From contig CBDFJQ010000002.1 of assembly GCA_965248575.1 (NCBI GenBank), forward strand, positions 3,744,001 through 3,808,000: DNA of 64,000 nucleotides, written 5' to 3'. Origin of the DNA: Planctomycetota bacterium (GTDB lineage Bacteria; Planctomycetota; B15-G4). This document shows, piece after piece, positions 21,179-30,590 of this stretch. The notes below the pieces were generated by a model. It was not told the DNA's origin and did not search any database. It saw only the letters and a list, made by a program, of their open reading frames with translations. Position numbers and translations under genes: made by a program. Every line of letters begins with the position of its first letter. The first letter of the stretch is position 1.

Positions 21179-21602
21179 TCTCAATGTGTGCCCTAGATGG
21201 TTTTGATCACCGCAGCGTGCGGTGTTCGTGTTCACGCTGTTGCAGCACTCGTCCGCCGACGACCTTGCCGTCGTTCGACGATCTCTCTCTTCGTGCTGCA
21301 GCCCGTGATGCCCGTACCAATCGAGGGGTATGAGTGCGTCAGGACTTGTTCTCTGCCGACTCCCCAGCCGACAGCGTGCCGTGGTGAGGAACCTGGCCCG
21401 AGAGCGTGAGCATCAGCGGACCAGATCCCTCGTATCCGTGTTTCTCAGTCAGCCGGTCAGGCCTGACTCCCGGCAACTGCCCGCCGCGATCGCGAGAGAT
21501 GCCGAAGTGTTCCCCGTCGCCATCTGCCCGCCAGGCAGTTGGCGTGGTCGTTCCTGTCGTGCGTCCTTGTCCGTGTCGCCGCACTGTCATACCCCGGAAC
21601 CC

Positions 21603-21896
21603 TCACAGGAGCTTCTCCTTCCTGTGGGGGGTGGCGGCCACCGGTCCACCCTTCTTGGGGGCCTTGGCGGCCGTCTTCGGCGCCTTGAGCGCGGCCTTCA
21701 CCGGGTTCTTCGGCGCCTTGTCCGCCCCCTTGTCCAGCTTCTTGGAGGGGTTCTGCTTGGGGGCAGTCTTGGAGTCCGTCTTCTTCGCCACGGTGGGGCC
21801 GGTCGCTGCGGACGAGGCCTTCTTGGGCTCGTGGCTCTTGGCGGGGCTCTTGTCCTTCTTGGAAGGAACGTGCTTCTTGGTCTTCGTGGCGAACAT
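21603..21896 (-). CDS. Lys/Ala/Pro-rich histone H1-like basic protein
   Basis: MFATKTKKHVPSKKDKSPAK...KAPKNPVKAALKAPKTAAKAPKK; GGAGA RBS upstream; strong AAG codon bias. Confidence 0.7.
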   Translation of the reverse strand: MFATKTKKHVPSKKDKSPAKSHEPKKASSAATGPTVAKKTDSKTAPKQNPSKKLDKGADKAPKNPVKAALKAPKTAAKAPKKGGPVAATPHRKEKLL

Positions 21897-22153
21897 GCTG
21901 TGTCTCCCAGGTCTCAAGTGTTTCAAACAGACGAATGCGGCACCCTTTGCCGCCGTTACATGCAACACGCACCGAAGAACGCCAGTGTGACGGCCTTTTG
22001 TGAACGAACTGTTCGCCGAGTGGCCGCTCAACAGACCTAAATGCCTTGAGATTCAAAGGCAACGGCTGCGAGACCGTTTTCTGATCGATCGCCCGGACGT
22101 CGGGCCTTCAGCCGGTTTCTCCATGCCTCTTTGGGTGTTGGGCGAGGGCTCGG

Positions 22154-22187
22154 TGATTGAATCAGACCGCATGGCGATTGAATCAGA
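22154..22187. promoter_or_regulatory. Tandem palindromic operator-like repeats
   Basis: GATTGAATCAGA at 22155-22166 and 22176-22187 (21-bp period); the core TGATT-G-AATCA is a palindrome; located in a divergent intergenic region. Confidence 0.5.
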
Positions 22188-22626
22188 GGGCGCGCTTTTG
22201 GGCGGTGCCAAGCCTTCGCGGGGCCAGCTCGCCGTGCATCGTTCGTTTGTGCGGCGCTCTTCAGTCCTGCGCCGCATGCCGACTTCTCACAACGGCGAGT
22301 GAGTTGCGATTAAACAAGCTGGCCTGCGACACAACGTGCAGTTTGCGATTTTTAGAAAACGCATTCGACACGCGTTGTGCATGACGTTGAACAGCTTGAC
22401 GCGGCAGAGCACGAAGCTATCTGCAGGCGTGGGAAAGCTCTCTCCTCTTTCTTCAGTCGTTACGTCACGGCCCTGTTCTGGGCGGCGTGATCTTTCTGAA
22501 TGAAAGAACGGGGGCGGGCGACGTAGTCGCCCTCCTCGAGACACCAGTCAGGCTTGAATCAGGAGCCATGGCTTGCAGCAAGTAGCAAGTCAGGCGCCAC
22601 AGTAATCTCTCCCTTGGAGTCGACCT

Positions 22627-23355
22627 ATGAAAGGTGAGGCAGGGCGTAATGATGGCGAGTGGGACCCCATGGATGATCGTCGGGATGACGGTGACGAAGT
22701 GGGAAGCGGCAAGGAGGCAGCGGATGAGCGCCTCGATGCCGAGGGAAGCTCCTCTCCGGAGCTGGAAGAGGCCGAGCAGGCGTTCGTCGACGATCTGAGC
22801 GTCGAGCCCGTCGAGTTCGGCGACGATGCTGCCGACCTCGATCTCAACGACGGCCTCGACCCCGACCAGGAAGACGAGGTCAGCGCCAGGATCGACGAGC
22901 AAGAAGTCGCCCAAAAGGTCGAGGCCGAGGCCAAGCGGCTGCTGGACGAGTTCCTGCTGGATGCGGCCCGGGCTCACGGAGGCCTCGAACAGGCGCTGCT
23001 TGCCTTCAAGGCCCGAATTCAGGCGGCTTGGGACGCCCTTGCCGCTGCCACGGTGCCCCTGGGAGAGCGGCTCTCAGGCGCCCTGGATTCGCTGACCCTC
23101 CCGGAACCCCAGAAGTGGGTGTCACCGGAGATGGTCGCCCTGACCCGGGCCGTGTTGGCGGAAGCGGCCGTTTTGTTCCTCCCCTCGTTCCGGGCCTCGT
23201 ACTTCCTGGACCAACTCCGCGGCCTCACACCTGCGGAGGTGGCCCGTGCACACGGGGTGAACTCCCATCGTGTCCGGCTCGAGCTCGCACGGGCCCGCCG
23301 TCGGCTGTTGCGCGACCCGTTGGTCCAGGCGCTGCTCGTGGCGGTGGCGGCATGA
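22627..23355 (+). CDS. Protein with strongly acidic N-terminus and C-terminal sigma-70 region 4-like HTH
   Basis: First ~100 aa are Asp/Glu-rich; C-terminal LPSFRASYFLDQLRGLTPAEVARAHGVNSHRVRLELARARRRL; no clear sigma2. Confidence 0.62.
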   Translation: MKGEAGRNDGEWDPMDDRRDDGDEVGSGKEAADERLDAEGSSSPELEEAEQAFVDDLSVEPVEFGDDAADLDLNDGLDPDQEDEVSARIDEQEVAQKVEAEAKRLLDEFLLDAARAHGGLEQALLAFKARIQAAWDALAAATVPLGERLSGALDSLTLPEPQKWVSPEMVALTRAVLAEAAVLFLPSFRASYFLDQLRGLTPAEVARAHGVNSHRVRLELARARRRLLRDPLVQALLVAVAA

Positions 23356-24104
23356 GTCAGCAGCACAACAAGGCGCTGGGGGCCGCCAAGAGCGTTGGCA
23401 AACGCAAGGCGGCCCCCTCCTCTCCTCCATTGTCTCCAGCACCCCTACCAGCCCCCGGGGCGGCGCCGGAGGATGTTGGCGAGCTGTTCGAAGAGCAGCT
23501 CACCGACACCTTCTGGGACGATGCCGAGCAGGCCCTCAACACCACGGCCGCCCTCTGGGAGGGGCACCCGAGCCTGGCGCATCGCTCCTACTTCATCTAC
23601 GCCATGTACCTGTACGTGCTGCAGAACGAGTCGAAGTTGCAGTGGCTCTGCGCCGGACAGGACTTCGTGGAGGTGTACGAGAAGTTCCAGGAGCGGCTCA
23701 GCAACAAGTCAGGCAGCCAGTTCCCCAAGCACTCCCACGAACGTGCGGTGAGCGCCTGGGTGACGACCGTCTGGAAGAACGCGGCTCTCGACGTCGCCCG
23801 AACGCGCCTGCGCAAGCGGACGACCTCCTGGGACGAGTTGGAGTCGAAGCCCATCCGTGCGGACGCTTCCCTGGAGCCGCCCGAAGGCCTGGCCCAGGGT
23901 GAGGCCGTGGCGGCGGTGCACGCGGCCTTGGCCGGGCTGCCCATGGACTACCGCATGGTCATGGGCATGCGCTTGCACGGCTACTCGTTCAAGCTGATCG
24001 CGAAGGAGATGGACATCTCCGCCGAGTACGCACGCCAGTTGGCGCATCGTGCCCGTCTTCGGCTGGCCCAGGACCAGGACCTCAAGCACCTGGACCCGGG
24101 TTGA
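23352..24104 (+). CDS. ECF-type RNA polymerase sigma factor
   Basis: Sigma2-like QDFVEVY...AWVTTVWKNAALDVAR; sigma4 ALAGLPMDYRMVMGMRLHGYSFKLIAKEMDISAEYARQLAHRARLRL; ATGA overlap with the upstream gene. Confidence 0.78.
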   Translation: MSQQHNKALGAAKSVGKRKAAPSSPPLSPAPLPAPGAAPEDVGELFEEQLTDTFWDDAEQALNTTAALWEGHPSLAHRSYFIYAMYLYVLQNESKLQWLCAGQDFVEVYEKFQERLSNKSGSQFPKHSHERAVSAWVTTVWKNAALDVARTRLRKRTTSWDELESKPIRADASLEPPEGLAQGEAVAAVHAALAGLPMDYRMVMGMRLHGYSFKLIAKEMDISAEYARQLAHRARLRLAQDQDLKHLDPG

Positions 24105-24174
24105 CGTCCGGTCGAAGACCACCGCTCAAGCTGCCCCTATAACCAGCCCGCTGGCCGACGCATAGTAGGACGCC

Positions 24175-25479
24175 ATGGTCCTACGCCCCGTGACGTCGTT
24201 CCTGCAGTCGGCTCCTGCCGACTTTGAGCCCCTCGTGGAGACGCCGGTGCAGAGTCAGGTCCAGGGCCCGGCCTCGGTTGAAGGTTCGGCCCCGGTGGGA
24301 GACCCGGCCCAGTTGCCCGTTGATCCCGCGGCAGGGGGGCTCGGTGAACCGCTGGCCGCCGAGGCCACCGAAGCCGAGACGACCCAAGCCCTCCAGCTCC
24401 CCGATTGGCTCATCCCCGAGACGCTCCAGGGTTACCTCGGCAACCCGTGGGTGCTGGCTGCAGTCATCGTCCTCATCTCGCTGATGCTGGCGAAGATCGC
24501 CGACTGGACCGTGACGGGCATCGTCAAGGTGGTGGCCAAGCGCACGCGCACCGAGCTGGACGACGAGCTGCTCGGCAACCTGCACGGGCCCGTGGTCAAG
24601 ACAGTGGTCTTGATCGGCTTGTGGGTGGCCTGCTCGGTGCTTGAGGACAAAGAGGCCCCGCTGCTCTGGGTGCATGGCCTGCTTGCCAGCATCATCCTCA
24701 TCGTCTGGACAGCCGGCGTGTGGCGCACCATGGGGTTGGTGCTCAAGGCCATGTCCCGCCATGCCTCCCGCTTCCACGCCGTTGACGAGCGCACCATGCC
24801 GCTCTTCAGCAACGTCGGCAAACTGCTCGTCTTTGCCATCGCCATCTACATGTTGATCCAGGTCTGGAACCTGGATGCCAGCGGCTGGATCGCATCGGCA
24901 GGCGTTGCTGGTATCGCCCTCGGCTTCGCTGCCAAGGACACCCTCGCCAACCTCTTTGCCGGTGTCTTCATCATTGCCGATGCGCCGTACCGCGTGGGCG
25001 ACTACGTGAGCCTCGACTCGGGCTATCGCGGTCGGGTGCAGCAGATCGGTCTGCGCTCCACCCGCATCCTCACCCGAGACGACATCGAGCTGACGGTGCC
25101 CAACTCGGTGATCGGTTCCGGCGCCATCGTCAACGAATCCTCCGGCGCTCCCCGCTACCGGATCCGCGTGAAGGTGGGCGTGGCCTACGGTTCCGACATC
25201 GACAAAGTGCGGGACGTGCTCATGGGCGTGGCGGCCTCGGTTGACCTGGCCCTGAAGAACCCCGAGCCGCGAGTGCGCTTTCGCACCTTTGGCGCCAGTT
25301 CACTCGACTTCGAGCTCCTGGCCTGGATCCGTGAACCCGAACTTCGGGGGCGTACGCTCGATGCCCTGAACCGGGAGGTCTACAAGCGCTTCGCCCAGGA
25401 AGGGATCGAGATCTCCTTCCCGCAGCAGGACCTGCACGTGCGCAGCTTGCCCGAGGGCTGGGGCCAAGCCGGGGCCTAG
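24175..25479 (+). CDS. Small-conductance mechanosensitive channel family protein
   Basis: TM helices; GVAGIALGFAAKDTLANLFAG, PYRVGD, IGLRSTRI, VPNS, VGVAYGSD and GIEISFPQ. Confidence 0.92.
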   Translation: MVLRPVTSFLQSAPADFEPLVETPVQSQVQGPASVEGSAPVGDPAQLPVDPAAGGLGEPLAAEATEAETTQALQLPDWLIPETLQGYLGNPWVLAAVIVLISLMLAKIADWTVTGIVKVVAKRTRTELDDELLGNLHGPVVKTVVLIGLWVACSVLEDKEAPLLWVHGLLASIILIVWTAGVWRTMGLVLKAMSRHASRFHAVDERTMPLFSNVGKLLVFAIAIYMLIQVWNLDASGWIASAGVAGIALGFAAKDTLANLFAGVFIIADAPYRVGDYVSLDSGYRGRVQQIGLRSTRILTRDDIELTVPNSVIGSGAIVNESSGAPRYRIRVKVGVAYGSDIDKVRDVLMGVAASVDLALKNPEPRVRFRTFGASSLDFELLAWIREPELRGRTLDALNREVYKRFAQEGIEISFPQQDLHVRSLPEGWGQAGA

Positions 25480-25483
25480 CCGG

Positions 25484-26416
25484 CTACTCGTCGTGCCCCT
25501 GTTCTACGAGGCGCAGGCTGCTCACTGCGAAGCGGCCGTCCGCGAGCCGGCCTGTCGTGCGGGCCAGGCGCACGGCGTTGCAGAAGCCGTCCGCTGCATG
25601 GGCGTCGCCGTGGTCATCAATGTCCGAGCCATCCACGAACCAGGCCTGCGTGCCGATGCGTACGGCGAGATCGCAGCCGTCCCCGGGCAGGTCGAACTGG
25701 CACTGGCCGCAGGCCGTCTCCACCAAGGCGTTGCGCGCCACCCTGGTCGTCTTGACCGAGGCCATGACGTAGGGCGGGTCGAAGCGCTTGTCGCCCAGCT
25801 GATGGAACAGCAAGCGGTAGCCATAGGAGTCCGGGTCCCGGAGGTCGTACTCGAAGGTGTAGACCATGTTCCCGGCGGGGGCGATGTCCTCGCCGTGCAG
25901 GCGGATGATTCCGTCGTCCTCCAACGTGCCCTTGGCGCTGATCCAATAGGTGCCCAGCGTGTCCATCTCGAGCAGGGTGTACTCCCCGTGGCGCTGGTCG
26001 AAGCCGAGCAGGCTGCGGCTCTCCACCGGGGTGTTCATGAAGTTGCTGTGGGTCGTGAGCTCGAGAAAGCGCCCGCCCAGGATGCTCCGGCCCCGGGAGT
26101 TGGCCACGGTCTTCAGGACCTCCGTGTCGGGAGCCATCCACATGGAGATGTCCAGCTCCCAACCGCCGACGTAGTTCGCCAGCCCGGCGTGCTCTTCGGA
26201 GATGCCGTCGCTGCTGAGCACCGCCGCGTAGTCCTCCTCGAACTGGGCCTGCATCTCTGCGTAGGGGTTCTGCTCGGCCTTGGACTCGACCTGGTTCTCG
26301 ACCTGGTTCTCGACCTTGGACTCGCCGGGGGCTTGCGAACCGGCCGTGGGGGCGGAGCAGGCGCCTGCGAGCAGCGCGCTGAGGAGGCCGGTGGTGAGGA
26401 TCGAGAGAGGGCGCAT
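25484..26416 (-). CDS. Lipoprotein: DUF1579-like domain fused to a Cys/His-rich DUF6370-like domain
   Basis: LLAGA/C lipobox; HAGLANYVGGW...ILGGRFL...MDTLGT (DUF1579-like); C-terminal ETACGQCQF...GCDLAVRI...IDDHGDAHAADGFCN. Confidence 0.68.
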   Translation of the reverse strand: MRPLSILTTGLLSALLAGACSAPTAGSQAPGESKVENQVENQVESKAEQNPYAEMQAQFEEDYAAVLSSDGISEEHAGLANYVGGWELDISMWMAPDTEVLKTVANSRGRSILGGRFLELTTHSNFMNTPVESRSLLGFDQRHGEYTLLEMDTLGTYWISAKGTLEDDGIIRLHGEDIAPAGNMVYTFEYDLRDPDSYGYRLLFHQLGDKRFDPPYVMASVKTTRVARNALVETACGQCQFDLPGDGCDLAVRIGTQAWFVDGSDIDDHGDAHAADGFCNAVRLARTTGRLADGRFAVSSLRLVEQGHDE

Positions 26417-26547
26417 GGGTCGCTCCGCAGCGGGGTGGCCCAGCATTCTGCCGGATGCCCCATACCGCGGTCACGTCCGGGGCGGGTTGGCGCCCTGGGT
26501 ACTCGACACTGCTGACAGAGCCCGGAGGTTCGGGTGTGTCTCCACGG

Positions 26548-28170
26548 TCAACGACGGCTGCGCTTGCTGCGCTTCTTGCTCTTGCTGCTCGACAGCGCGT
26601 CGGCGGCTTGCTGGGCAGGGTCCAAGGCAAGGCCTTCCCAGAAGGCGGTCATCACGGACTCCACATCACGGTCGCGCCGCGGGTAACGCTTGCTGGACGA
26701 CAGCGCGGCTCCCAAGGCGTTGTCGAGGCGAGTCGAGATGGCTTCCCACTGCGCCATCTGCTGCACGAACTCGATCTCCATGAACGCCTGGAAGAGGACG
26801 AGGCGTGCGGTGTTGTTGTAGCGCTGGCGTGACAGCCAGAGGGATTGCTCGCGGTGGTCGTTGAGGGTTAGCGCTTCCTGCGCGTCGTGCGACTCCAGCA
26901 GCTGGATGAGGTCCGTGCGGCCCACTTCTTCCAGCAGGACGCGGCTGTCGAGGGCCTCGAGACGATCCAGCTCGGGGACGCCGCCGAGGGCCTGGGCGAA
27001 GAGGGCCGGCAGCGGATCGCTGTCGGGCATGCCGTCGCGGGGCGTCGTGACTTCCCGATCCAGGAGAGAGGTGAAGCTGCCGCTCTGCTTGGGCCCGAGG
27101 GTCAGCAGCAGGTGCGCCAGGCAACGGCCGGCAGCACGGTCACGCGGGAGGAAGCTCTCGGACTCCGCTGCGCGAGCGAAGCTGGCGGGGGCGTCGGTCT
27201 TGAGGTCCGTCACCAGCTCGCCCCAGTGGCGTTGCTTGCTGGCGTCGAAGCCCAGCCAGGGGTCACCGGACTTGGAGACCGTGACGGCCAGATTGGCCGG
27301 GGGGCCCATGACGGGCGGCGGCGGCTTGTGCCCTTGGGGGACGAAGCCAGACCAGCCAGCGCGGTACCAGCCCGGCGTCTGGCGCGACCAGCTCTCCTGG
27401 CCTACGTACGCCTGGCCATAGGCGGCGATGTCCAGCTCGTCGATGAGCCCATTGGCGAGCCAAGGCGGAACCATGCCCCAGGAGCCCCGACGCAGGGCGC
27501 GGTTGGCGACGAAGCCCAAGCTGTAGTAGCCGATGCCGTGCTCGACCCAGGCGGCGGGCCGGTCGGCGATGGTGGGGTGCGCGATGTTGAACAGCTGCAC
27601 GTCCCAGGTGCGTACCACTTCGGCCTTTCGGTTGGCGGGGGTGTCCACCTCGTTGGCGGGCATCCATTCGGAGTAGCCGAGGCGCTCGCAGTAGTCCAGG
27701 AGGGAGACGAGCTCCGCGAACCCCTGCTGCCCGTCACCTGACTCGGTCAGGACGATGGGCAGGCGCGCATCGGAGATGAGTCCGACGGCCAGGTCATCAC
27801 CCTGGTTGGTGTCGTGCCCGGGCCAGAGCTTCTGGACGAGTTCGGCGGCTGGTGTGAGCGTCTCCTTCACATCCTTCAGCAGGCGCTTGGCGCTCTTTGA
27901 CTTCGCGAGCTCGTCCTGCAGAAGCACATGGATGTCGAAGGGGCCGACGCTGTCGCTCAGGAAGAGGTCGCTCTGGAGGACCCTTTGGAAGACCTCCTGG
28001 CCCGTGCTGCGCGGCCCGATGTCGAGGCTCTGCTCGAGGGCGCGTTGCACCAGTCGGGCTGCAGCTTCGGGCATGGAGTCCGGGCGCTGAGGATTCGCCG
28101 CACTGGCTGGTGAGCACAGCGCGAGGACGGCTCCGAGGAGGCATGCGGTAGCAAGAAGCTGATGAGGCAT
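26548..28170 (-). CDS. Secreted hypothetical protein (possibly degenerate zincin-like)
   Basis: Signal peptide (ASA/A); long ORF; PPWLANGL resembles the PxWLxEG segment of gluzincin-like proteins. Confidence 0.62.
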   Translation of the reverse strand: MPHQLLATACLLGAVLALCSPASAANPQRPDSMPEAAARLVQRALEQSLDIGPRSTGQEVFQRVLQSDLFLSDSVGPFDIHVLLQDELAKSKSAKRLLKDVKETLTPAAELVQKLWPGHDTNQGDDLAVGLISDARLPIVLTESGDGQQGFAELVSLLDYCERLGYSEWMPANEVDTPANRKAEVVRTWDVQLFNIAHPTIADRPAAWVEHGIGYYSLGFVANRALRRGSWGMVPPWLANGLIDELDIAAYGQAYVGQESWSRQTPGWYRAGWSGFVPQGHKPPPPVMGPPANLAVTVSKSGDPWLGFDASKQRHWGELVTDLKTDAPASFARAAESESFLPRDRAAGRCLAHLLLTLGPKQSGSFTSLLDREVTTPRDGMPDSDPLPALFAQALGGVPELDRLEALDSRVLLEEVGRTDLIQLLESHDAQEALTLNDHREQSLWLSRQRYNNTARLVLFQAFMEIEFVQQMAQWEAISTRLDNALGAALSSSKRYPRRDRDVESVMTAFWEGLALDPAQQAADALSSSKSKKRSKRSRR

Positions 28171-28281
28171 ATTCGTGTCTCCGGAGCCCTCTGATTGGGG
28201 CTCGCAACAACCCATGCGTGTTTCATGAGAAGCGCAGGACACAAAGAAGCGGGAAAATCCCGAAATGCCAAGAAAGCGGCC

Positions 28282-30447
28282 CTAGTGGCCGTCGTAGCGC
28301 TCGAACCAGGCCAGGATGTGCGCCACCTTGGCCATCAAGCGGCTCGGCCGATCCGCGATGCTGTGGCCTGAGCCGGGGATGCGCACGAGGGCCGTATCGA
28401 TCCCCCGCAGCTTGAGGGCCTGGTAGTACTGCTCGGATTCACCGATGGGGGTGCGGTAGTCCGCCTCGCCCGTCAGCAGCATGGTGGGCGTGCGCACGTT
28501 TCCCACGAGACTCAAGGGCGAACGCTTCCAGTAGTGCTCATGGTCTTCCCAGGGCATGGCGGGGAACCAGTACTTGGTGAAGTACGGGTACTCGTCCGCC
28601 GTCAGTGAGAAGCTCGTCCAGTTGATCACTGGCTTGGCCACGACCGCCGCCCGGAAGCGATCGGTCTTGCCGACGATCCATGCGGTGAGCACGCCACCGC
28701 CGCTGCCGCCGGTGACGAACAGGCGGTCCGTGTCGATGGAGCCGCCCGCGATGACCGCATCGACGCAACTGATGAGGTCTTCGTAGTCGTGGCTGGGGTA
28801 GGCGTGGTGGATCAGGTTGCCGAAGCGTTCGCCGTAGCTCGAGCTGCCTCGCGGGTTTGCGTAGACGACCACGTACCCAGCGGCGGCGAACAACTGGCAC
28901 TCCATGCTGAAGCGGCGGCCGTAGTTGGCGACCGGGCCACCATGAATCTCGAGCAGCAATGGGTAGCTCTTGCTCGGGTCGAAATCCGGCGGCCGCACGA
29001 TCCAGCCCTGCAGGGCTTCGCCATCGTGAGCGGACTCCGTCCAGAACTCCTCCACCTCGCTGGGAGTGCGGAAGGAGTAGAGGTCTTCGTTGAGGTGTGT
29101 GAGGCGCACATGCCGGGTCTCACCGCGACCGCCGATGGCAAGGTCGGAAGGATGGCTGGGTGAAGTGTGCGTGAACGCATAGCGCCCCGCGTCGGACACC
29201 GTGAACGAGGCGCCGTCATAGGGCCTGCCCAGGGAGAGTCCGCCGAGGTGGTCGTCCAGGGTCGTGAGCTGGGCCTGCACGTTGACGAAGGCGAGGCGCG
29301 TGTCGCCGTGGTGGTCGTACATGAAGTAGAGGCCGCTGCCATCCGCAGCCCAGGCGGGCGACTGCACGTCGCGGTCGAGGCGCGTGGTGAGGGGGCGCTT
29401 GCCGGAGCCGTCGCGATTCATGAGGTACAGCTGCTGCACCTGATAGGTCTCGTGCCGGTCGTCGAAACCCGTGTAGGCGATGTATTCACCGTCGGGCGAG
29501 ACGGCCGGGTTGTCGTCCGGGCCATAGCGCTCCGTGAGTGCGCGCAGGCTTCCGTCAGCCAGGGTGATCTCCCAGATCTCGCTGTCGAGGGGCTCCAGCT
29601 CGTGGTCATCACGTCGGTTGGCCGAGACGATCAGGTGCTCGCCGCTGGGCGTCCAGGCCAAGGGGCCGTTGGTGTTGAAGGCATCGTGGGTGAGCTGGCG
29701 GGCCGTGCCCCCGTCGCTAGGCAGCACGAAGACCTGGGTGTGTCCTTGTTCCACAAGGCCAGCGCCATCGGCCCGGTAGTTCACGTTCTCGATTACCACA
29801 GGCGGCGCGGCCCACTGCGCGCCCTCAGGTGCTTCGGGCAGGTCGACGAAGGACTCGGGCGCTTCCGGCACGAACATGGTGAAGGCCAACATGCGGCCGT
29901 CAGGAGACCACGTCAGGTTCCTTGGCTGACGAGGCAACTGGGTCAGGCGCGTGCTCACACCGGTGTCCATCCAGCGCATGTGGATCTGGATCGTCCCGTT
30001 TGCGGTGGAGACGAAGGCCAACTTGCTGCCGTCGGGAGACCAGCGCGGGCTGGCCTCGGACACCTCGCCTTGCGTGAGTGGGCGCGGCTCTGTGAAGCCG
30101 ACAGCTCTCTCCTGGTCGCAGTCGTGGATCTCGTCCGCGCTGGCATCCAGCGCGTCAGTGTTCATGATCCAAAGGCGCGAGGTGCTCTGGTCGTCGAGCA
30201 CGTCGAATCCGCTGCGCACGAAGATCACCTGCTTGCCGTCGGGGGAGATGCGCGGGTCCTGCACGTGTTCCAGCTCGAACACGTCCATGAGCTGGAGGGT
30301 GTGGGGCGCGGCGTCGGCCGCGACTCCCTCAGGGTCAGGCACCGGCACAGGTTCAGGGGCGTGCTGGGCGCTCGCAGCTGGTGAGGCGAGAAGCGTGCAG
30401 GAGAAGCAGACAGCCAGACAGAAACGGCTCGGGGAGAGAGCAGGCAT
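28282..30447 (-). CDS. S9 family peptidase with PD40/TolB-like propeller
   Basis: Signal peptide; SPDG repeats; IHGGP, NPRGS, TGGSGGG (Ser), GEADYR (Asp) and GSGHS (His). Confidence 0.92.
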   Translation of the reverse strand: MPALSPSRFCLAVCFSCTLLASPAASAQHAPEPVPVPDPEGVAADAAPHTLQLMDVFELEHVQDPRISPDGKQVIFVRSGFDVLDDQSTSRLWIMNTDALDASADEIHDCDQERAVGFTEPRPLTQGEVSEASPRWSPDGSKLAFVSTANGTIQIHMRWMDTGVSTRLTQLPRQPRNLTWSPDGRMLAFTMFVPEAPESFVDLPEAPEGAQWAAPPVVIENVNYRADGAGLVEQGHTQVFVLPSDGGTARQLTHDAFNTNGPLAWTPSGEHLIVSANRRDDHELEPLDSEIWEITLADGSLRALTERYGPDDNPAVSPDGEYIAYTGFDDRHETYQVQQLYLMNRDGSGKRPLTTRLDRDVQSPAWAADGSGLYFMYDHHGDTRLAFVNVQAQLTTLDDHLGGLSLGRPYDGASFTVSDAGRYAFTHTSPSHPSDLAIGGRGETRHVRLTHLNEDLYSFRTPSEVEEFWTESAHDGEALQGWIVRPPDFDPSKSYPLLLEIHGGPVANYGRRFSMECQLFAAAGYVVVYANPRGSSSYGERFGNLIHHAYPSHDYEDLISCVDAVIAGGSIDTDRLFVTGGSGGGVLTAWIVGKTDRFRAAVVAKPVINWTSFSLTADEYPYFTKYWFPAMPWEDHEHYWKRSPLSLVGNVRTPTMLLTGEADYRTPIGESEQYYQALKLRGIDTALVRIPGSGHSIADRPSRLMAKVAHILAWFERYDGH

Positions 30448-30590
30448 CGAGATCGGGCTCCGGGCAGAAGGGAGGGGAATCATACGGACCCTGCTGCGGC
30501 CCGGCCGCATCTTGTCCAGATGTGACGACTCGGCTGTGTTTCGGCATCATGCAGCGCTTCCAACCGTCCGCCCTTCCAGCAGGAAGACCC

